The notes under the pieces are model-generated. The model was not told where the DNA came from. It ran no database searches and worked only from the letters and a program-made list of their open reading frames with translations. The translations under genes were made by a program, and so were the position numbers. A DNA stretch of 63,514 nt, filler included, from Circinaria calcarea (taxonomy: Eukaryota): the NCBI GenBank assembly GCA_051942165.1. It is 12 parts of 12 records of this genome, joined end to end, with 100 filler letters (N's around TTAATTAATTAA, not from the genome) between each part and the next. Parts side by side here need not be neighbours in the genome. Positions count along the whole stretch, not along the records: positions 53,043 to 58,228 come from JAVECS010002000.1; positions 58,329 to 63,514 come from JAVECS010002001.1; 10 more parts are not named here. The stretch is one strand, 5' to 3'. Within the stretch, counting starts at the first letter, position 1. Each line of letters opens with the position of its first letter. Of this stretch, positions 55,624 to 63,514 are shown in pieces.

Positions 55624-56933
55624 ATTTGTCGGGCAACGGCTTCGACTCGATGCTGACAAGGTAACGACAATATTTACTGGTTTCTCCATGTCAATTCTCT
55701 TTTCATCAGCCGAGACAACCATCACCATGTACCTTATTTCGCCAACGCATCGGTATCTTTGGTGGATCTGAAGGTAGCATAACTACCCGAGATTGGCCAA
55801 CTGTTGCGGCTGAATGCAAATGTCTTGTTGTTTAGGCTTGTATAGAGACAGACTGAACAGATAGCACAAAAATGAAATGCACTCAATCTCAGACCTTTGG
55901 AGCTTGGAGCTTGGAGCTTGGATCCTGTGAAAGCTAACAGTATGAACAAATGCAACGAGCCAGTAACTCTGGCTTCCTTCTCCGATACGCCAGTGGATTT
56001 ACCTGTTCAACAGGGGGAATCATCAGCTTCACGGTGGGATTCATCAATGGTCAAGATAACGGGGAATCTCAGTCAACACGTTCATCTACTATCGTTGTTG
56101 CCACTAATAGGATATACATGCATAGGCGAAGCAAAGGGGGCAAGTGCACCGGTTGGCAAGCTAGGCGAGTGCCTAGGAGGTTTCCAGCTCTGCACAATTT
56201 TGTTCTGATCTTGATCGCAATGCTGATAAGGAAAGCAGCAGATACTCCATAAGGACGATCGGATTTCCGAGTGTGCGTGATGATGACTAGGGAAGGCGAT
56301 CCTGTAAGATACTATTGTCGTTATGGGACCAACGATAATCACAACTCCGGGCGCGTTAGCTGTGCTGCATCGCAATCAAAAGTATTCATGTCAGCGAACC
56401 AGGACGTCGTTGAACTGTCGCTCCCCATAATTCATGACAGTACCCTACACACGATATCGGCAGCAGCCAGCAGCTGACCACCCGCTATCATCAATGGTCG
56501 CAAGTTGGCGCGCCATACAGCTGTTGAAGGACGACGGCGTCGAAGCCCTGCATCATATCCCCTCACCACCACATGGTCCGTCTTTACAGGTTGCGCGCAG
56601 AATTCAGGAGGGATTGGAGTTCAAAGCAGAGCGGTAATCATTCCTCGAGCGGGATCTAAGAGCTTGAATATTATCCAAGTGGTGTGGTGTTACGGTGTAC
56701 CTGCGAGCTAAGGAACCGCAGACCAGCCAACGATCAGTCCATCTCCACCAAACACGAAGCTAAGGACCGAGGCGCTTCTTCGGTGATGATCTCAACTTTT
56801 GTGTACATCATCATTCAGGTGTCAAACCCGAACCGACCTTTGCTTCTGATCTCTATTTCTTTTGCTTTCGGGCAAGCATTGCCTCTATGTTTGCATTACC
56901 TCGAGTGCCAAACCATAAGGATATCTTGGCAAG

Positions 56934-58228
56934 ATGTTTGGCGGTAGGTACTTTGGCCTTACGGGCACCCAATTAAATATTGCCATTGGCAGTTTGGCCG
57001 GTTTGGATTTCTTGTGAGTTTCGCTATCTATCCATGAAAACCGCGACTAATTCCATCAACAGTCTGTTCGGATATGATCAAGGTGTTATGGGTGGCTTGC
57101 TCACCCTTCCGTCTTTTGTAAGGAAGTTGATAGGTCATTCATGAACTTAACACGGCTAATACATTTCAAGACCAAAACCTTCCCGCAGATAGATACGACC
57201 AATGTGGCTGGACTCTCTCAATCGCAAAGAAACCACAGGAGTACAATACAGGGTAATGTGCTCGGGTCTCTAGGATACGGGCAAATGGAGTAACGCTTAT
57301 CAAGAATAGGTATTTCCGTGTCATCCTACAACCTAGGATGCTTTCTGGGAGCTATTCTGACAATCTGGATTGGAGATGTATTGGGAAGACGAAAGTCCAT
57401 ATTCCTTGGTACCGCCATTATGGTCGTAGGGGCAGTCCTTCAATCTTCCTCGTTTTCTCTGCCGCAGTTCATCATAGGTCGGACAATCACAGGGTTGGTT
57501 AGCTGTGAACATACACAGGCAGCATGCTAAGTATTGGATAGATTTGGCAACGGCATGAATACGTCTACAGTACCAACGTGGCAGTCAGAATGCTCCAAAT
57601 CGCACAGGAGGGGCATGCTAGTCATGATAGAAGGTGCTCTGATTACCGGGGGCATCTGCTTCAGTTATTGGCTTGACTTTGGCTTCTACTATCTAGACCC
57701 GAGCACTATTGCATGGAGATTCCCGATCGCCTTCCAAATTGTCTTTGCCTTGGTCATCTTAATGTTTGTACTCGAATTGCCAGAGTCTCCCCGTTGGTTG
57801 ATTCTGAAGGGGAAAGAAGATGAAGCCTTGTCGGTACTTGGTGCCCTAAGCGACTTGCCCCCGGATGATCCATACATTCACGGCGAGTTCAGTGCGATCA
57901 AAGACACCGTCTTGGAGATGACCCGCGGTGGTATACAGGATCTCTTCACCAATGATCAAAACCGCCATCTCCATCGGACTGTCCTAGCATACGTCAATCA
58001 AGTTTTCCAACAGATTTCAGGCATCAATCTCATCACCTATTACGCAGCGACCATCTACGAAAACGAGATCGGCCTTTCGCCGTCGGTTTCCCGTGTGCTG
58101 GCAGCCGCAAACGGTACAGAGTACTTCCTCGCCTCCTGGATCGCAGTGTTTACAATAGAAAAGTTTGGTCGACGCCAGCTCATGCTGTTCGGTGCCGTCG
58201 GAATGTCCTTCTCGATGATCATCCTCGC
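56934..58228 (+). CDS. MFS sugar porter, STL1-like (3'-truncated, 4 introns seen)
   Basis: LFGYDQGVMGGLL, IGDVLGRRK, GNGMNTSTVPTWQSE, WRFPIAFQ, PESPRWL, QQISGINLITYYA, IEKFGRR. Confidence 0.92.
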
Positions 58229-58328
58229 NNNNNNNNNNNNNNNNNNNNNNNNNNNNNNNNNNNNNNNNNNNNTTAATTAATTAANNNNNNNNNNNNNNNN
58301 NNNNNNNNNNNNNNNNNNNNNNNNNNNN
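58229..58328. other. Artificial contig linker
   Basis: N44-TTAATTAATTAA-N44. Confidence 0.99.
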
Positions 58329-59498
58329 TTGGAGGCCTACAAGAACTTAGCAGGAAATGTCTTCGGTCATCCTCGTATGGCATCCTGTAGAGGTCCTATC
58401 CTTTGGCCGGTTGGAAAGTACCGGTCACACAGACTTAAGGAAGCCGTCAATGAAGTTGTCCACTCGCAGACTATCAAGAAGCGCGCCATCCGTCAGCAAC
58501 AGATGGAGCAATTACCGGGCGATGAAACTTTCAATTCAGAGCCAGCAATGTGCAAAACGCAAGTGCTCCCTCGTTATAGGTCACCATAACAGACCAAGCT
58601 AACTTACAGCAGCGTTTGCCTCACCTATGCAAATGTAGCCGGTCATCATGTAGTGGAGGTGCCTTTCATGCTTCGATCCTACGAGCACCTGCGCGGGGGC
58701 TATTACCTCGAAAGAAACCCCGGTCCGGCACATTGCTATCCGATATGGCAAGTGGCGCGCGCAACAACCGCTGCGCCAACTTACTTTGATCGAATGGTGA
58801 TCGGAAATCAGAGATTTTGGGATGGCGGGTTTGGCTGCAATAATCCTAGCTGGGAAGCGTATCACGAAGTCGTGAACATGAACAACGGGAATGGTGGTGC
58901 TGTTGCACTCCTCTTAAGCATTGGAACTGGAGAGTCGAGGATATCAAGATTTGCTCAAGGCAAATGGTCACAAGTGTATCAATTTCTAAAAGCCGCAAAG
59001 AAGCTGGCATCCGATTCACAAAAAGTACACGACGATATGGTACGGTTCTCGGAAAATGGCAAGCGTTTCCCTTACTACCGGCTCAACGTTCGAGACGGCC
59101 TTAGCGAGATGAAGCTTGATGAATGGAAGAAGGCTAAAGGCGGAAGATTGGATACATTGGACCAATTAACTTCTGCAACAGATGAATACCTACGCTATGG
59201 CTTCATCGATCCACAGAAAACCGTCTCAGTCAAGCAACATCTCCGTGATATCGCAGAGAAACTTGTCAATGCCCGCCGCCTACGTGCGAGTAGTGCGTGT
59301 TGGGAGGCGGTTGCTCTTGGCGTTCAATACCGTTGCACCATCGAACACTGCCACCGTGGACAGACGCTTCAGAAGACATCAATTGACCTTTGGAAGCACT
59401 TCCGCAGGTATCATAAGATGTCTGGCCCGAGCGAGTGTACTGATGAAGAGCGACACACTATAGAGGACCTAATTAAAAAAGGGCGAGTGGAGCCTTGA
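58329..59498 (+). CDS. Patatin-like phospholipase (5'-truncated) with a C-terminal C2H2-like finger
   Basis: IWQVARATTAAPTYF, catalytic DGG in FWDGGFGCNNP, LLSIGTG, YYRLNV; GC-AG intron 58559-58609; YRCTIEHC..LWKHFRRYH. Confidence 0.88.
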
Positions 59499-61122
59499 GC
59501 CTTCCCGAAGACTGGCGTCGTCCTTTCGCTCCCAGCTGAACCACATCTTGCCATCTGACCAGACCTTTTGTATATATCCTCTTTGACGTTATCAGATTCG
59601 GCAAGTCTTGGCAACTTCTTTCCTCTCTCTGGCTCAACCGGCTATTTTGCCTTTGGTTCGACAAATGCTCGCGTCATCCGAGGACAGAAGGCGATTGGAT
59701 TGGAATTTGTCTTTTGAGTATATTACACGCATAATTCTGTTCTTGTTTGAGCACGGAGTGTTGTTGAAGACGGGTATCCCAGTCCATTCGGTTAATGAGG
59801 AGTACCGCTTATGGATACGGAAGATAATGGTTGCTTTTTAGGTGCGAGTTAGGAGATACCCAAAAGTTTGGAGATTGTCGGATATGCATGGTTATAGGTG
59901 CAGCTTGGTAGAGCTCCTACTTACGAATCCGTTGGCGATGAGAATGGTGTTGGCTTCTGAGGTATGGACTGCCAAACTTCAAGAGCTGCTCTTTCAAGTA
60001 CGTCGTTACGCTTTGTATATATTTTCGTAGTTGATGTGACATAGTTGCCTAAACCATCCTGTCGCACTGCTCTCAGATGTCAGGTGAATGCCACTTGAGG
60101 CGGCGTAGGTAGCCGACTAAATGCTAGGGGTCCTGATTGGCGCTCTTAGATTCGCTAGAGACTACCAAAATTTCCCTGCGCCCTCATCCTATGGTACGCG
60201 CCTAACGCATAGACATAAGGACATTATCTTGCCTAAGCCTGTAGTGTTCTTCACAGCTAATTATCCTAGCTCCCTAAGTGCTGATTCTGTCTTCCCGACT
60301 TCCACCGATTTTGAAATCCGGAGGTTAATAGGCTAAATAAAAATCAAGGCGCTCAACCATCAAATAGTAGGCTGAAGAATCGACAGTCTCCAACCCTGCG
60401 TGATCAAGGGGAATGATGTGTAGAGATTCCTGTCAGGGTGACTGATAATGCACGGTGAGCGCATACGTACACTCTCGTAAGGTGGTGTGGTTCAGCACGT
60501 CCACGTATGCACATCTTCGAAGGGGCCCCTGTCATCGGCGATAAGGGCGGGAGATGTCGAATTAAAGTCTTGAGAGACCGGCGATCCGGAGGCTAAAGGT
60601 AAAAAAGCATCCTTACACCCAGATGCTCGGTAGCACGTCCCCATCGCTCTCGCATCCGCCAAGATTTAGTTGGACAGGGATTAATTAGTGGGAAATCCGG
60701 GGATGATGCCCGCTTCCAAATGACCGCTCGAACAACACTCAATAAGCGACGGCTATACCGTCCAGTAGCACGTGGAAGATGTGCAAAAGAGGCTCTAACT
60801 TCTGACTGCTCATCGAGTAGAGCTCATAGCCAAGTGTGACGTTACTCCATGGGCCAATCAGAACTTGCGGGCTGCTGTCGGGTCCCGCTTCTCCACTCAC
60901 ACGTGCCGTTGATTTTTCATCTCAGAGGCGATTGGCCTGTTTCAGAACCATTACCCTCTCGCGCTCTTTTCCCCCCCAGTCTCTCGCTCCTTCTCCTCAA
61001 CACACCCAAGCCAACTACAGTCGTTCTTTACCATAGCACAGTAAATCACTCGTTGACCTATTATTCTCGCCTAGCATTTCTTTTCCTTTCAACCTATTAT
61101 AGCTGTTCAAGTACCAGCAGAC

Positions 61123-62216
61123 ATGCTCTCCGTTGCTCTCGCTTTGGCCGTTGCTCTATTTATCACAGCAAGTCAAGCCTTGCCATCCCTCGAAGCTCGT
61201 CAGAATTGCGGCAACAGTTATAGCAAGTGCAGCCCGTCAGGGGCCACATCCACCGCCACGCCAAATGTCGGTGATGGAATGTCGTCACTGTACGTCGATT
61301 TGCTGAACTCGATAAGCGGGGTCAAGCGACGGAGGGCAGCGGTTGGCTTTCTGGATGTCACCAGAAGAGCATCGTCTGGAGCAAGCCTCTGCTGTACGCT
61401 TCCCATCTCAGGGCTTCCCCGTTTGGTACAAGTTAACATACTCAACAGGTGCGGATGGTACTACCTGTCTCTTGCTTCAGAACTTCAACGCTCCGTTTTG
61501 CTATGTGGGTTTCTCCCGGTGAACCCATCTTTTCGTTAGCTGATATCCTTCAGGATAAATTTACCACCAATTTCTTTCTACCGGACGGCTCATACGGAAC
61601 CATCGTAACAGGAAGTTACACCTCTCCCGATGGCTCCACAGCCAACCTCCTCTCGGGCAATTATACCCTGGCCAACGGGACTCCCGGCAACATATATGGT
61701 TCGCCCGATTCTCCGTCGAGACCCAACACGGCGACGCTGAACCTACCAACACAATTCACCAGCGCCGGTGTTGGTAGTGCTATTCCAGCGACCGCGCTTG
61801 GTGCACAGGTTACATACACCACGACCATCCTAGCAACCACAATAGAGCCGACGACCGTACCTGCTCAAACGTTGAGTCAGGTTGCGGTGGGTGGGACCAC
61901 GGTTCTTACCGCGGCCACGCAGGCAGCGACGACAGTCCCCGGCATGACTATTTCCGAGACCACGGTCCAACCGACAACCATACCTGTTCAGACCGTCAGC
62001 ATACTTAGCGTTGGTGGCAGTACGATTTCAAGTACTACGACAGTAGCGGCAACGACCCTACCTGGAACGACCGTCCCGGCAACGACACTGACTGTAACGA
62101 CTCGTGTTGCTGCAGCTGCAACCTCAACGTCTGCTGCTGGTGCTGTCACGGTAATGAATGCTACCAGTGCAGTGGCTTTAATGGGTTTCTTACTCTTGTT
62201 GCTGTACGGATTGTAA
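61123..62216 (+). CDS. Secreted, probably GPI-anchored Thr-rich protein with a Cys-containing N-terminal domain (3 exons)
   Basis: Signal peptide MLSVALALAVALFITASQA; spliced SLC|CADGTTCLLLQNFNAPFCY|DKFTTNFFLPDGSYG; Thr-rich repeats; hydrophobic C-terminus ALMGFLLLLLYGL. Confidence 0.82.
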
Positions 62217-62968
62217 AAATGCTGATTGTGAAAGGCTCATGGCGATGTGGGCCGGCGTACTTGCTTTTACTTCTCTGAGATACCCTAATGTTTGTGTCCT
62301 TGAGTGTCTTACTGGCTTGACTGGCTGGGGGGTGTATAAGTCATGAATACATATTTAGCTGTATAATGTTTTGAGAAAAGCTTGCTTTCTCGATAAAATG
62401 GATACGATACATATTGGTAAAATTACTGTAATTGGTGTCTTTAGGTGGATCCTCTGCACAGAGGAGAAAAGAACTGGCTTAGTGAAACGTCTGCATCATC
62501 GAGCTTCAACCTTCACTAGAATACTCATATGACTTCTTTCATTGACCTTACTCATCTTCTTTTGGCCCAATTTTTAAGACGGCAAGATTTGTTTGACGCG
62601 CCTCACAATTGGGTCTCGACTGCAATAAGATACACGACGAACACTTACATATCCAGCTGAGGCAACGGCATACGTTCTTTAGGGGATGTTTGCGACTGCA
62701 ATAGATGTATAGCGTCTGTCGGTAATGGATACTGTTGACTTGGGGGGCAGGAATTTGAGGCTCTGGTAAGGGGCACCTAAACTATATCAAGCCGAGGCCA
62801 CATGGATTAAAGTATCTCCGCGATGATGCAATATCAATTTTATAATTCATAAAGACGCCAAGCTCAACACCGAGGAATAATTCTGCCTACGGTACCTAAG
62901 ACATATTCCTCTTGCTCCCGTCCGCGTACATTATATTTCTCTTTATACGTCCTGTTTCTGAGGAGAGA

Positions 62969-63514
62969 ATGGTGTCCGCTACGCGATGTCTCCTCCCTCG
63001 CATTGTTACCACATCCCTTTCGCGGCAAACACCACCCAGCTTCACTCCACTCTTCCGCCGCAATTTCGCTACGCCATCTAGCTTACCAAAGGAGCAGCCG
63101 CGTTTACGATTAGGTACTACCGCACCTAATTTCACTGCCAAAACCACACAAGGCGATATTGACTTCCACCAATGGATCGGCGACAAATGGGCAATCCTGT
63201 TCAGCCATCCTGCAGACTTCACGCCTGTATGCACGACAGAGCTGGGCGCGTTTGCCAAACTGAAGGATGAGTTTGAGAAGAGGAATGTCAAGCTGATTGG
63301 ATTGGTATCCCTCTTCTTCATGTGTGTCCGAACCAGTCTACAAAGCTAACTCAGCGCCTCTTTCCAGTCCGCCAATGACCTCTCCTCTCACTCCCGGTGG
63401 ATATCCGATATTAACGAAATCTCCTCCACGGATCTCTCCTTCCCCATCATCGCCGACGCGGAACGTAATGTTGCTTTCCTCTACGACATGGTCGACTCCC
63501 AAGACCTTACCAAT
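62969..63514 (+). CDS. PRX1: Mitochondrial 1-Cys peroxiredoxin (3'-truncated)
   Basis: Arg/Ser-rich presequence, [28 protein letters not shown]; intron 63305-63367, then [23 protein letters not shown]. Confidence 0.95.

Noticed and set aside
55897..55922. TTGGAGC heptamer repeat (also the TCTAA repeat at about 39146-39167)
   Set aside because: These are ordinary microsatellites without spacers or associated genes.
1..63514. A multi-gene system or cluster spanning the window
   Set aside because: Contigs are ordered by length, so cross-linker gene neighbourhoods carry no information.

Overview
This is filamentous-ascomycete (Pezizomycotina) genomic DNA with spliceosomal introns, and it is not one locus. 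Twelve unrelated contigs of about 5.2 kb, sorted by decreasing length (5216 to 5186 bp), are joined by 100-nt N44-TTAATTAATTAA-N44 linkers, so neighbourhoods only have meaning within a contig. Recognisable genes: PrnX/ornithine cyclodeaminase-like, MAPEG GST, GPI cupredoxin, RPB8, a Nudix hydrolase, OPI10/Hikeshi, SPT10, kinesin-6, Spg1/Tem1, a MYND protein, RRB1, an 11-knuckle CCHC protein, an STL1-like sugar porter, a patatin and PRX1. One contig is an intact Ty1/Copia element and another carries a decayed Mutator transposase. The most notable unexplained signals are: (i) a 115-140 bp TA-flanked hairpin (MITE-like) family recurring on two contigs with RIP-type mutations; (ii) a ~983-aa HeLo-like/ankyrin/C-terminal-TM protein with no NTPase motif, plus a decayed relative; (iii) a BTB protein with nucleoporin-like GLFG repeats; (iv) a CCHC protein with Trp/Gly tails; and (v) an internal ubiquitin-like LRGG motif. 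All family names come from motif recognition only; no database search was run.
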